64,000 nt of DNA, from the IMG/VR virus record IMGVR_UViG_3300048564_000035, positions 1 to 64,000 of that record. The stretch is one strand, 5' to 3'. Under the pieces are notes generated by a model. That model was not told the origin of the DNA, ran no database searches, and worked only from the letters and a program-made list of their open reading frames with translations. Position numbers and translations under genes: made by a program. Source of the DNA: a virus. Below, in pieces: positions 22,644 through 33,201 of this stretch (positions within the stretch are counted from its first letter, which is position 1; each line of letters begins with the position of its first letter).

Positions 22644-23182
22644 TATACTGCTTCGTTATAGTAATACTGTGAATTAGTCCTTAACTGTGTTGCCCTATCG
22701 TAGCATTGTTGCGCTGCATAAATATCCGACCATCGCTCTATGGCCTTATTTCCTGAATCAATATCAGTCCTCAAATCACTCTTGCTTGTATAGAAGTTTT
22801 GGTCGTTTATTAAAAGAGGGTTCCCCGACAGCATTTCAGTCAGGGAATAATCAAATTCCTCATTATATTCTGGAAATCCGTAGTTTCTTACTTTATCGTA
22901 AACTACTGTTCCTCCCGCTGTCAACCATTGTACTGTAACTATTACTGCATAATCTTTATCTAAAATATCTTCCAGTGTAATGGTAGTGGTTCCGGGAAAT
23001 CCAGACCATACTTCATAATCGGTTGCAGTTCCTTCAATAACCAAAAAACTACCATCCCACTTTGCAATGTATATTCTACGCTGTGTAATTGTTCCATCAG
23101 TACCGGTAGATAAGTCGGTAAATAACAAATCACCCGGCGCACCCAATATGTTTTCTGCTGAAAAATCTACGGTTAAAGCCAT
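22643..23182 (-). CDS. virion-module hypothetical protein (179 aa)
   Basis: ORF track. Start and stop abut the next gene. Confidence 0.55.
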   Translation of the reverse strand: MALTVDFSAENILGAPGDLLFTDLSTGTDGTITQRRIYIAKWDGSFLVIEGTATDYEVWSGFPGTTTITLEDILDKDYAVIVTVQWLTAGGTVVYDKVRNYGFPEYNEEFDYSLTEMLSGNPLLINDQNFYTSKSDLRTDIDSGNKAIERWSDIYAAQQCYDRATQLRTNSQYYYNEAV

Positions 23183-23258
23183 TGTATTTAGTTTTTAAAA
23201 ATGGCCAACAATTGCTAAAGCAACCAGTCAGCGTCAGGGTTTCCCCGTCACAACCAAA

Positions 23259-24149
23259 TCAAACTTTTATTAATTCATTAATCTTTTTATACGCTTGTTC
23301 TCCCTTAGAGCCTCCAACCTGTAACCACTCCGCAAATTTTTCCACTTCGTTTTTATCCCCTGCCGGACTTAATGTTGTTATTATTTGTTTATTTCCACCA
23401 TAGCGAAACGAATACTCTGCCGGATCAAATATAATAGCTCCTTTATTCATAGCCTGTTTTACTGCCGCCTGATACTCTACTGTTTTTCCTGAAACTTTTT
23501 CATTGAAGTAAACAGGATTTGTTTCGGCAAGTTCTTCAGCCATATTTCTAAGTATTTGAGGGTCTTGCGCACTATCCCAAATCATCGCATCAGCAAAATC
23601 AATCAAATCTTTATCACTCATGCTTTCAACAGCATCTAATGCTTTTTTCCTTTCTGTTCTTGCTGCTCTGGCTTCCCTTGCGGCTGCCTGTTCATCTATA
23701 CGGGTAATCATTTGTCTTTTTGCCTTATCAGAAAAATCACCTCCAATAAGTTTAGGGTGCATTTCAATAATCATGGCATAATCAAAGTGGTCTGATATTT
23801 CTTCTATTTCAAGTTTTAAAATGCCTCTGTACTTCCCATCTACTTTTATTTTTTCAAACCTTATCGGGTCTCCTTTTTCATTTACCGAATGAATAAGTCC
23901 TACTCTTTTTGTCTGAGATACACCCTGTCTTTTTTCAAAGGGGTCTTTAATATAAAAAGTAGCGGGGTCTAATATATACATATTAGGCCATATAACTGAT
24001 ACACCACCGTACTTTTCAGGGTCAGGATTTTTATTGGAAATATCAAACTTATACCTAACCGATTTTCCAAATCCTTTTACTTTTTCTACTAACTTATTTC
24101 TTAAGTCGTCTGACAGGTTATTATACTGACCTTGTTGTCTAAGTAACAT
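23259..24149 (-). CDS. virion-module hypothetical protein (296 aa)
   Basis: ORF track. It is the first gene after the strong terminator that follows the capsid gene. Confidence 0.55.
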   Translation of the reverse strand: MLLRQQGQYNNLSDDLRNKLVEKVKGFGKSVRYKFDISNKNPDPEKYGGVSVIWPNMYILDPATFYIKDPFEKRQGVSQTKRVGLIHSVNEKGDPIRFEKIKVDGKYRGILKLEIEEISDHFDYAMIIEMHPKLIGGDFSDKAKRQMITRIDEQAAAREARAARTERKKALDAVESMSDKDLIDFADAMIWDSAQDPQILRNMAEELAETNPVYFNEKVSGKTVEYQAAVKQAMNKGAIIFDPAEYSFRYGGNKQIITTLSPAGDKNEVEKFAEWLQVGGSKGEQAYKKINELIKV

Positions 24150-24172
24150 TTTTTATTGATTTAGTTGTTATG

Positions 24173-24203
24173 AAAAAAGTTCTCCCGAACCAGCCGGGAG
24201 AAC
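24173..24203 (-). terminator. strong rho-independent terminator downstream of the putative major capsid gene
   Basis: On the minus strand, GTTCTCCCG-gctggtt-CGGGAGAAC is followed by TTTTTT. Confidence 0.75.
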
Positions 24204-24214
24204 CTGTAAAATAC

Positions 24215-25567
24215 TCATACGATACGATACTTCTGGAAATGCTTAACTGCAATACATTCCAATCCCTGCGCTGTTTCCCAATCTGTATGCAATACCATTT
24301 CACTTGATGTTGGGACTTCGGCCAAAGCACCTGTTCTCCACTCTCTCCACATTCCGTTTGCAGATGTGTTTGCAGATGAACCAATAAAAGGAGTAGGTGT
24401 AAACCTTGTTTGCATACGTGGCTGACGACCGTTGCCTTCTGTATCTACCTGATCTTTCGGAACGAAATACAGCGAACCACTGATCTCAGGTAATATATCT
24501 CCTACTAACTGAGGATGGTCAAAAATTGGCAGATGAACGAAATCCCACTCTGCACCACCATAGCTAAGGTGTTCAACGTTCCAGTCAAATGATTTACCGT
24601 CAACCATCAAACGTCTTGAATCAACACTAGAAGAACCAAGCTGTTTCAAAAATTTGCTGATAATACGATAAGCGGAACTTCCCATGAATACCATCTGATC
24701 CATCGGGGCTTTATTGGCAATAAAATTATCAATGATTTCATCTATTTCAGTAAACCCGAACGTTCCAAGTACTGCTGCCTGATCTACTATACCGTAAGTT
24801 CTGATATACCAGTCAAGACCGCCTGTTGTCTGAATAGGTAACCCGCTTGTTGGATCGGCAAGGAATGGATTTGTATCGCTGAAAGAAGTAGATGACTGAG
24901 TACCCATTAACATTTGAACGGATATATCTCCTTTCATTTTTACAGCCTTCATCAAAATCTGATAAGGAAGGATATGGTAATCACCTCCTACGTTTACTTC
25001 GATTTTAGCTACCTTCTGAACATCCGTGATATCATCCACCTCACGGAAAATTTGAATAAGGTTGTAGTATTTCGTAAGGCCATATCTCCTGTTGGTAGGG
25101 GCAGTTGATTTTTCCGGCTGCGCATTTGAACCAAACTGAACAGTGTCATTTACGTCTGCAAACAATGGTTCTGAATTACCACCAACCGAACGAACCGTAA
25201 GTGTAGCTGTACCGGAGCCAAATGTTACGGCCTGTACACGACCTTGCCTCCCGGCGTTATTAGTATTTGATGTTTTAATCAAATCTCCAACACGGGGGTA
25301 AGTAGCTGCCGTATTTATTGTGAAAATGATTTGGGCAAGACCTGTTGAAGTTACTGCGCTGATTGTACCAACTTCCCATACATCATTATTAACGAAATTG
25401 TGGTAGTTGAACATCGTTGCCGGTTTCGTCCGGTTTAGCAACTTCATTATATCGGTGAAAGCCCTGTCTCTTGACTGATCATAGATATTCGGGTCAATAT
25501 CTCTTTGGTCAAGAAAATCTATTGCGGATACGAACGATTTATTTACCGCTCCCTGCGTTACTGCCAT
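24215..25567 (-). CDS. putative major capsid protein (450 aa)
   Basis: Called from its position after the portal and scaffold-like genes, its size, and the strong terminator directly downstream. I recognised no sequence motif. Confidence 0.55.
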   Translation of the reverse strand: MAVTQGAVNKSFVSAIDFLDQRDIDPNIYDQSRDRAFTDIMKLLNRTKPATMFNYHNFVNNDVWEVGTISAVTSTGLAQIIFTINTAATYPRVGDLIKTSNTNNAGRQGRVQAVTFGSGTATLTVRSVGGNSEPLFADVNDTVQFGSNAQPEKSTAPTNRRYGLTKYYNLIQIFREVDDITDVQKVAKIEVNVGGDYHILPYQILMKAVKMKGDISVQMLMGTQSSTSFSDTNPFLADPTSGLPIQTTGGLDWYIRTYGIVDQAAVLGTFGFTEIDEIIDNFIANKAPMDQMVFMGSSAYRIISKFLKQLGSSSVDSRRLMVDGKSFDWNVEHLSYGGAEWDFVHLPIFDHPQLVGDILPEISGSLYFVPKDQVDTEGNGRQPRMQTRFTPTPFIGSSANTSANGMWREWRTGALAEVPTSSEMVLHTDWETAQGLECIAVKHFQKYRIV

Positions 25568-25620
25568 TGTATTAGAATTGTAGAGTTAAATAATTTTATT
25601 TTCTACAACCCTTACGCTAT

Positions 25621-26832
25621 TTATCTATTGTAGCCGCCTGAATTATAAGTGCCTCCTTTTGCCATTGCCTCTGCTGCTGTCTTAGGAGCAGTTTCAGTGG
25701 TAGAAGGCCCATTTTGTCCGGGCTGACTAGGATTTTCTAATTGGTTAGTTACAGACTCGCCGCCTTTTGATTTGAAGTGTTTTGACATTTGCTTTATAAA
25801 TTCCTTCGGGTCATGCGAAAAGATAGCGGTTAATATTTGTTTTTCTATAAACTCGTCGGTATAGTCCGCTATATTCTGCTTTGTCAGTTGCCCATTTTGT
25901 GCAAAAGATTCTACTGTTCCTAATATCTCATTGATAACATTTTGAGATTCGGGGATCGGCATATTAAATATGTCGTCTCCCTCTCCTATTGGAATAGCTT
26001 TTATTTTTACAATATTCTGAGCTAACTGATTATTATTTAACTTCCCTTTCAAACCTTCAAATACTTCTTTTGCCTCAATCGCCCTTGTATCGGGTTCCTG
26101 TGGCTTAGGCTCTGGCTTAGGAGGAAATAAATAGTTCTGCTGGTTCTTTATCAACCCTTCACGGTGTCTTTCGGCTTCCGCTTCTAATAGCATACGGCCT
26201 TCCAATTTTTCATCTTCGTCGGTTGATTCAAGATTATACGCACGAACTACTTTTGCTCTGTAAAGTGCTTCAAATTGTTGTGGTGAAGATTTTGGGTACT
26301 CGTTCTGAAGCTGATGTCTCATCACATCCTCAGCCGACATACTTGCATAATCTGTTGACAACTCTCTTAAATACGGCTTTACATCTCCGTTAGTCTCCCA
26401 ATGATTAAAGAAGGCAACCATTTTGGGGTTATCCTTAATTTTTTTTGCGAGACTTACCATGTCTGCATCTACCCCTAGTTCCTTGTAAATTGCGTCGGGT
26501 TGATGCTGTTTAAGAACTTCCTGCAACGTGGGAGGCTTTACTTCTGCTACCGCTGTTTGCGGCTCTGGCATTGGTTTTACTTCCGGTTGTTGCGAAGGAG
26601 ATTCAGGATTTGCCTTTTCAGCATTTGAAGGTTCGGTCGCAGTCGCTGCGGGTGTAACCTCCGGGGCTGGCTTTGGTTCTTCCTTGTTCTCCGGCGTTAT
26701 TGAAATCGGTGTTGCCACCGGGTTTTCTGTGTCATTGTTAACGCCATGCTTTGCCATTAATGCCGCAATGTTTGGGCGTTCGGTTTGCGTTGCTGGCTCC
26801 ACTATGGCTACGTCAAAAAATCGTCTTATCAT
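25621..26832 (-). CDS. scaffolding-like protein (403 aa)
   Basis: Pro/Glu/Thr-rich N-terminal third followed by a long helical, charged region. It lies between the portal and capsid genes. Confidence 0.45.
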   Translation of the reverse strand: MIRRFFDVAIVEPATQTERPNIAALMAKHGVNNDTENPVATPISITPENKEEPKPAPEVTPAATATEPSNAEKANPESPSQQPEVKPMPEPQTAVAEVKPPTLQEVLKQHQPDAIYKELGVDADMVSLAKKIKDNPKMVAFFNHWETNGDVKPYLRELSTDYASMSAEDVMRHQLQNEYPKSSPQQFEALYRAKVVRAYNLESTDEDEKLEGRMLLEAEAERHREGLIKNQQNYLFPPKPEPKPQEPDTRAIEAKEVFEGLKGKLNNNQLAQNIVKIKAIPIGEGDDIFNMPIPESQNVINEILGTVESFAQNGQLTKQNIADYTDEFIEKQILTAIFSHDPKEFIKQMSKHFKSKGGESVTNQLENPSQPGQNGPSTTETAPKTAAEAMAKGGTYNSGGYNR

Positions 26833-26917
26833 ACTGATTTGGTTTTGTAAAACTAAGTAATAGTTTCAAATTACAAAATATTTTCTTGAATGTTAGTCAT
26901 TTGAGCATAATACCCAG

Positions 26918-27535
26918 TCACAATCTGGCCTCAATAGTCACCGTATTCAGGTTATGGAAACGGGCGTACTGCTGCTCCCCTTCATAATAATGTTGCCCTA
27001 ATTTGGAGTGCTGATTGTTAACGAAATCAATCGCCCGGTGAGATTTCATGTTGTCAAGTATTACTCTCAGCCGCTTCATTTCTCCCTGATCGTTCCATTT
27101 TGGTGGCTCGTTTAATTTTGGGAGCGGGTAAAGGCTTTTCAAAAAGTCGTTTAATTTAATCGTCCCCGATTTGCCCCGGCTTTCCAAAAAGGCAACTATT
27201 CTTTCATCAAAGGGAAGATTGTTGTCTAATTCCTTTCGGTATATTGGCTTTGGCGGCTCAGGAATGACTATTTTACTTTCGGACACTACAACCTCAGGAG
27301 TTCCCACAATTGGCTCTTTTTCAAATGCTTCTTTAGCCGGTTCTATTTCTTCGGGAGGTATCACCGGATATGGTTCGGGGCTCTCAAAAAATACAGGTTC
27401 CGCTGATTCACTTGATACTTTATCGAGTTCGGCGTCCCTTTCAACTGATTCTTTAAATATTTCTCTTTTGTCTATTACTTTCTCTGACTCAGTTACCGTT
27501 ACAGGTATTTCTTTTGACTTGGTTGCTTTTGCCAT
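26918..27535 (-). CDS. acidic Glu/Pro-rich head-module protein (205 aa)
   Basis: ORF track. Called by position directly after the portal gene. Confidence 0.5.
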   Translation of the reverse strand: MAKATKSKEIPVTVTESEKVIDKREIFKESVERDAELDKVSSESAEPVFFESPEPYPVIPPEEIEPAKEAFEKEPIVGTPEVVVSESKIVIPEPPKPIYRKELDNNLPFDERIVAFLESRGKSGTIKLNDFLKSLYPLPKLNEPPKWNDQGEMKRLRVILDNMKSHRAIDFVNNQHSKLGQHYYEGEQQYARFHNLNTVTIEARL

Positions 27536-27547
27536 AAAATATAATTT

Positions 27548-29938
27548 TTATTTTGATGATTTAGTTACTGGTTTGGCGTTGGCAATTTCTTGCTTTTCCT
27601 TAGTTTTTTCACCCGCTAAATGAGTGGCATGAATTTTACCGATAGCCGTTGTCGTTGCTACGTTTTCTTTTGCATCCCCGCTATCTTCTGCTACCTGAAT
27701 AGCTGTCAGGTTTTTACTCATGGCTATTCTTTCGTTTGACTCTACTTCCATTTTCTTTTTTAATATCTCTCCCTGAATAGTATCCTGATTCATTTTTACT
27801 TTGGTCGATAATTCCATTTGCAACGCCTGCGCCTTCCCTTGTTCGGCAATCATTGCCGCCTGTTGATTGCCCTGATTCGTCGCCTGAATTTCAGCCATCT
27901 TCTGCTGATTCATTGCTTGTTTTGCTTTCTTAACCCGATAAGAAAGTATTGACATTGCTTGTTTAGCGTTATGAGTATTAATTATCAGGATGGCATCGCT
28001 CGTATCCAAAAATCCATTCATAATATCCTGCTGTACCTGTTGGAGTATCCACATCTTTTGATCGTCGGTAGTACGCTCTTCCAATTTTATTCCATATTCA
28101 CGTAATGCTATTGCCGGACTAATTTCTATAAACCTGAGTATGTTTGTATTGAGTGCCGGAGCATATCCGCTGATGCCCCCTTTCTTTATTCCTTGTTGCA
28201 TCCTGCACAATACATCTTCCGCTAATCTTTCCGATAACCATTTTTCAGCAAAAGCCATTGGATAGAGAGCATCATTTGTACTCATATTAGCAACTTCGTA
28301 ACCGGGAACAAGTGTTTTTGGGTTTGGATTGCCGCTTGTTATTTCATTCCATCCAACCATTTTTTCTATTGAACTAACCGTATTTAATATGTCCTGATAA
28401 AAACCTACGAGTTCACTCATCGATGTATTTTCCATAGGTATTACCGGCTGTACATTCCCCTGTACCGGATTTCCGGCTGCATCCAAAGAACGTCCTACCA
28501 TTATCCCTGTTTCAAAAAACATTTGCAGTAATTCTTTGGGCTGCATAGCTGCGCCTCCCTTGCTCAATGCAACGTTTTCAAGCATATCAAGATTTATCCA
28601 CCAACCAGACGGTACGGCTCTATTTTTCCAGTTCTGTATTTTAAGCATGGTCAATTGATAATCGTCAAGATAAGGGATAAGCATTTCCATGAAACCCTGC
28701 GCTTTCATTTCGTAGAAATTATAGGCAAAGAATTTATAAGAAAGATATGTCTTAGCCTTCTTTTTCCCGTTTTGCGAACGCTTTTGATCGTAACACATTC
28801 CCCAATCATACGCCTTATCAGTTCCGATTATCCATTTACATTTATATACATACTGAATAGTCTTTCTTTTATATTTGTCAGAATTTTTACCCCTTCCATT
28901 TTGCGCTTTCCTGAAATCGCTATTGCCATACTCATCTACTGCATCATTATAAGAATAAGTATTATAAGTAAAGAACTCTATATCCAATACCTTGCACTTG
29001 AATTTATCATAAGGCTTGAACCATCCTGTTGATTTACCTATATAAGAAGGGTTTCCCCATTTACCGGCTACACTACTGGCAAATTCCTGCAATTCATCTT
29101 CCGTAAACATTGGATTTCCTTCTTCATCTTTTATAAGAGAAAGGTCAATAAGAGATACATCAATCACTTCCCCCGCATGAACCATATCCTCAAAGTTTGC
29201 TTTATAGCAAAAATTTGTTATAACCCTTTCAGGATTTACTACCCTGAATTTTGCTTTATTGTCATCTCCTAACCATTCTTTATATCCTGTTACCCCAATA
29301 TCAAATAAATCCTCATACATTTTTCTGCGGCAGTAAGTCCAGTCGTTTTCATAAAATCCTAACTCAATAGCCATTTCAGCATCCCGGCTTCTATTGAATT
29401 GTTCCCCCAATTCAATTCTCATTTCAAGTTCTTCAGCATCCATTGGCTCCCCTGACTGCAATGTTATCAGTGGATGTGATGCCAATTCCTGATTAACGCC
29501 CTGAATAAGTTCTCTTACAGCCAACTTAGCTTTCATGTTTGAGTAATACTCATCCAATTCAGCCTTAGCGGTCATGTCTATTGGAGTAGCTACTATTCCG
29601 TTTGTATTAGCCATCAATCTTGAAATAGTTTTTCCCCGATAGGTTGTAATTATAGAACGTATGCTCCAATCATTCACAAGCCATGTATTGTTTGTTTCCT
29701 GATCTACACCAAGCATTTTTTTATACTGTGAGTTTGGCTGCTTTCCCAGAGAATACATTCTCCACTTTTCATAGTCTCCGTTATTATTAGCGAATATTCC
29801 CTTTGGATATGAAAAACTCCAGTCAAAATAAGCCGCCTTAGCATAACTCATACACCAATCCCGACCTTTTTTATCAGGATTGATATTATTTTCCGGGTAT
29901 GGATAAGAGCTACCACCTCCTATTTGCTGATATTTCAT
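27548..29938 (-). CDS. putative portal protein (796 aa)
   Basis: Immediately downstream of the large terminase. The size and a long helical Gln/Lys-rich C-terminal tail fit a portal protein. Confidence 0.6.
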   Translation of the reverse strand: MKYQQIGGGSSYPYPENNINPDKKGRDWCMSYAKAAYFDWSFSYPKGIFANNNGDYEKWRMYSLGKQPNSQYKKMLGVDQETNNTWLVNDWSIRSIITTYRGKTISRLMANTNGIVATPIDMTAKAELDEYYSNMKAKLAVRELIQGVNQELASHPLITLQSGEPMDAEELEMRIELGEQFNRSRDAEMAIELGFYENDWTYCRRKMYEDLFDIGVTGYKEWLGDDNKAKFRVVNPERVITNFCYKANFEDMVHAGEVIDVSLIDLSLIKDEEGNPMFTEDELQEFASSVAGKWGNPSYIGKSTGWFKPYDKFKCKVLDIEFFTYNTYSYNDAVDEYGNSDFRKAQNGRGKNSDKYKRKTIQYVYKCKWIIGTDKAYDWGMCYDQKRSQNGKKKAKTYLSYKFFAYNFYEMKAQGFMEMLIPYLDDYQLTMLKIQNWKNRAVPSGWWINLDMLENVALSKGGAAMQPKELLQMFFETGIMVGRSLDAAGNPVQGNVQPVIPMENTSMSELVGFYQDILNTVSSIEKMVGWNEITSGNPNPKTLVPGYEVANMSTNDALYPMAFAEKWLSERLAEDVLCRMQQGIKKGGISGYAPALNTNILRFIEISPAIALREYGIKLEERTTDDQKMWILQQVQQDIMNGFLDTSDAILIINTHNAKQAMSILSYRVKKAKQAMNQQKMAEIQATNQGNQQAAMIAEQGKAQALQMELSTKVKMNQDTIQGEILKKKMEVESNERIAMSKNLTAIQVAEDSGDAKENVATTTAIGKIHATHLAGEKTKEKQEIANAKPVTKSSK

Positions 29939-29949
29939 AAATAAAAATT

Positions 29950-32064
29950 TTATATTGCTTGACGCATTGGCATAACCGAATTTATATCTTGTTTAACTGT
30001 TGCTGGTCTTACGTAACGCTTCCCTTTTACAGCAATAAGAGTTATCCCTGCACTCATGGGTTCATCAAATTTTTCAGTATCTTCTACTTTAAATCCAAGC
30101 CATCCAGTTTCTTTTCTTATTAATGTCTTAAAGAAAAGTTTTTTAATATGCTCGTTTATATATTGTTCCGTGTAATTACAAATTGTTTGCGTCGTTTTCC
30201 CTTTACCATCGGTAGTTATTCCCGGTTCTGTCTCCCCCGGCAACCACATTAGAAATCCAAGACAATTCCAGTCTTTATAATGTTCTCTATAATGATCCCC
30301 TGCATTTCTTTCTACCAACATCTGACAACCGCAAAGCCATGCCATCATTAATACGTCCATGTTAGCAATTCGTCTGCTTTCTGGCCTGAACGAGTATCTT
30401 AAGCAAAACATATCATCGTAATCAGAAGGGAATAGATCATCTTTTATCTGGTAAGCAAAGGCCGCCGCATTAGACCTTCTTTTATCTTTAGTCTTATCAT
30501 ACTTGAAAGTATCATACCCTATTCTGAATGAAAAATTATTGTTTGGTAAAAAATTACCATTACTTTCGTACACCTTATTGGGTTCTTTAGGCCACCACTC
30601 CTTTACCTTTTCAAACCTTCCGTTGGGGTTTGACTCCCAAATTATTTTATTTAATACTCTTTTTTTAATACCGTTTTCTTCCACTTCAATAGTAAAAGGA
30701 GAATCGTTATACCATTTAAGGTTTCCCCTTTCCGTTAAATCAGTCCTCCAAATAATAAAATCCAATTGCTCATTTAACAACTCAGGATCATAAAGCGTAT
30801 ACGTTCCATCTGCACTAAACGCCTCTTTAAAATTCATAGGGTTCTTTCTCTTAAAAGATGAAAGCCCCCTAGTATCCCCATCTTCTTCAAGTTTTTTTCT
30901 TTCATTCAAAAGATAAGTTATAGCTCTTTGCTCATCCGGATATCCATAAACGTCAAAAAACATTCCTTTTTGCGCTGGCAAGAAATAAGTATATAACCCT
31001 GTTTTTGTTCTGTTATTATCATTTCTATCTAATGGGTTGCTCCCTGCTGTCATTTCCTGAAACTCATAGTTATCTTCTTCCCCATCTTCGATTTCTACCG
31101 TTGTGGTATATTTCTGTTTACGGTGTTTAAATTCACCGTCAATCTCAGAACAATACCTGACAGTTCTTTGTCGTTCCGCTATGCTAGTAGGTTTTTTCGT
31201 TTTTCCAGCCTCATCGCTTCCATAGCTGTCTAACTCTGGCCCGTCGAAAACACCAACACCAGAAGCACCATATTCAATCCAACTTTCCAACGCCTCTTCT
31301 TCTTCTCTTTCCTGCTCAGTTGTACTACCTCTTCTTGAAGTATGAAAAAACCTTAATTCATTTGGATCGTCACCCTTCATCGTGTCATAAATAGGGCGAA
31401 AGAAATCTGGAAGTTTTTGCCACGGCTGCACTATCGCTTTTTTCATTACCTCTTGCGCATCATCATCAGCCTTACTTTGAAAAGCGGCGTGTTGATTCAT
31501 CGGGGGTCTGCTTGTTCTCTCATATAACCAACATCCTAATTTAGCTGTCTTTCCTAGTTTCCTTTTGGTTATTTCGTTTTCTCCCAAACAATCAGGATCA
31601 GTTTCACAATATTTCATTACATACCACTCTTCCATATCATTGATACGGAAGTCCATTAATTTTCCTTGAAACTTCCAATATGTAATATATAAGTAGTGTG
31701 TTCCCGTGATATATCTTAACTCATTTTTACCAGTTTTCGGATTGTAATTCCAAAACCAAACTCCACATAATCTGCGTTTCCACTCTCTAGCCCTGATAGC
31801 TTCAAGATATGGATCGAAGTAATGTTTATCGAATTTCTGCCTCTCTTTTTCTGCCTCTCTTTTTACTTTCCAGTCTTTTGGCAATTCATATCTAATCCAT
31901 CGTTGCGGTGATTCTGTATTACTCCCTATAATATCCGTTTCCTGCAATTCTCCTGTTATAGAATTTATACCCCATCCTTCCGGGGGTAATTGGCATAGGT
32001 ATATAAACCCAAACGCATTGTCTGGAACTTCATAGACACTTCCTCCTTTTACCGGGTAGAACAT
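29950..32064 (-). CDS. terL: terminase large subunit
   Basis: Walker A-like TKRKLGKTAK and Walker B-like LDSYGSDEAGK. The size is 704 aa and a portal-sized gene follows. Confidence 0.8.
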   Translation of the reverse strand: MFYPVKGGSVYEVPDNAFGFIYLCQLPPEGWGINSITGELQETDIIGSNTESPQRWIRYELPKDWKVKREAEKERQKFDKHYFDPYLEAIRAREWKRRLCGVWFWNYNPKTGKNELRYITGTHYLYITYWKFQGKLMDFRINDMEEWYVMKYCETDPDCLGENEITKRKLGKTAKLGCWLYERTSRPPMNQHAAFQSKADDDAQEVMKKAIVQPWQKLPDFFRPIYDTMKGDDPNELRFFHTSRRGSTTEQEREEEEALESWIEYGASGVGVFDGPELDSYGSDEAGKTKKPTSIAERQRTVRYCSEIDGEFKHRKQKYTTTVEIEDGEEDNYEFQEMTAGSNPLDRNDNNRTKTGLYTYFLPAQKGMFFDVYGYPDEQRAITYLLNERKKLEEDGDTRGLSSFKRKNPMNFKEAFSADGTYTLYDPELLNEQLDFIIWRTDLTERGNLKWYNDSPFTIEVEENGIKKRVLNKIIWESNPNGRFEKVKEWWPKEPNKVYESNGNFLPNNNFSFRIGYDTFKYDKTKDKRRSNAAAFAYQIKDDLFPSDYDDMFCLRYSFRPESRRIANMDVLMMAWLCGCQMLVERNAGDHYREHYKDWNCLGFLMWLPGETEPGITTDGKGKTTQTICNYTEQYINEHIKKLFFKTLIRKETGWLGFKVEDTEKFDEPMSAGITLIAVKGKRYVRPATVKQDINSVMPMRQAI

Positions 32065-32065
32065 A

Positions 32066-32404
32066 TTAATCCTTTTTGCCTATTGACTGAGGGCTTGTTG
32101 CTCCTACTTTTGGTTTACCGTTATTTTCATCATACGGAATATTCAATTCGATTTTCAGGGCATTCATTGACGAAATCATACTAGGAAGATTTTTCCATAT
32201 CGCTTCTGTCCTATCATACATTGCGCTTTCACTTTTCTTCCCATCTATATTTTCCTTTATCTTAAAATCTTTGATATAGTCAACTTGCTGTCTTACAATG
32301 TTCACATAAGCTAAATACCCGTCAATAGCCACATCATTCTCGGCCAATGAAAACTTTTTCTTATAATGCTCCAATTCTTTTTTTAGCTTTTCAATTTCTT
32401 CCAT
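32066..32404 (-). CDS. coiled-coil protein (112 aa), possible small terminase subunit
   Basis: Called only from its position directly upstream of terL. Confidence 0.3.
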   Translation of the reverse strand: MEEIEKLKKELEHYKKKFSLAENDVAIDGYLAYVNIVRQQVDYIKDFKIKENIDGKKSESAMYDRTEAIWKNLPSMISSMNALKIELNIPYDENNGKPKVGATSPQSIGKKD

Positions 32405-32406
32405 AT

Positions 32407-33201
32407 TTAATTTGTTTTTTCATCAAATAATGATTGAGCAAATTTTATTCGTTTGAGTCTTGGAGATACGTTTTTGTGTACTCTTTGCCAGTTTACATCT
32501 CCTTTTTCTAACCACGCTTTTTTATCTTTTGATTGTGCAAACTTTTCCATCATTTTTGAAATATTACCTTCCCCTGAATTATATCCAACAAGGGTGAAGT
32601 AATCAATTTGATCCTGATCGAGCATCAACCCTTTTTTCTTTGCTTCTTGTGAAACCCTATCGGCTACGCTTCTAAGCATTGCGCCTTTTGCTATTAAGGC
32701 ATCTTCGTTGGTAATAAAAGCGGCAGTCTTTATAGACTCATTTTTTTCATTCTTTGCGTCATAAGTTTTAAACCTTTTGTCAAACCCTTCCGGTAAGTAC
32801 TTTTTCAATTGCTCATACCGGCCTCCGAATGTATCAAGCCCGTAACTGTAAAACCCATCAACGGGATATGTCTTTGTGTCAAGCCCCGCTTTCTCTGCAT
32901 TAGTATAAGCTACTGAAACTTCATCAGGGTCGGCTATGGCCTTATTCATTCCTTCTTGGTAAGCGGATGAAAATAGTAATGCTGGATTAACGCCTGTTTT
33001 AAGTGCTGCACTTCTGGCTACTTCAATGGCTGGCTTATTATCAAAGGCTATTGGTCTTTTGTATAATAACTGCATCTCCTTGCTCATATCGTCTAATTCA
33101 GGAGTTGGTGTTGTTTGCGCAGGAGGTTGCGTTACCGGCTGAGTAGTTCCGGGTGGGGTTACCTTTTTGGGGTCATCAAGTATGCGAACTGATTTACTCA
33201 T
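32407..33201 (-). CDS. SLT-like lytic transglycosylase, probably virion-associated (264 aa)
   Basis: GVNPALLFSSAYQEG, GLDTFG and VGYNSGEGN parallel the SLT signatures ES, GLMQ and AYNAG. The N-terminus is Pro/Thr/Gln-rich. The start overlaps the 2120-aa gene. Confidence 0.5.
   Translation of the reverse strand: MSKSVRILDDPKKVTPPGTTQPVTQPPAQTTPTPELDDMSKEMQLLYKRPIAFDNKPAIEVARSAALKTGVNPALLFSSAYQEGMNKAIADPDEVSVAYTNAEKAGLDTKTYPVDGFYSYGLDTFGGRYEQLKKYLPEGFDKRFKTYDAKNEKNESIKTAAFITNEDALIAKGAMLRSVADRVSQEAKKKGLMLDQDQIDYFTLVGYNSGEGNISKMMEKFAQSKDKKAWLEKGDVNWQRVHKNVSPRLKRIKFAQSLFDEKTN

Noticed and set aside
24139-24384. ORF 24139-24384 (-)
   Set aside because: It overlaps the 3' end of the capsid gene and runs through the strong terminator at 24173-24203. 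Its composition is not protein-like.
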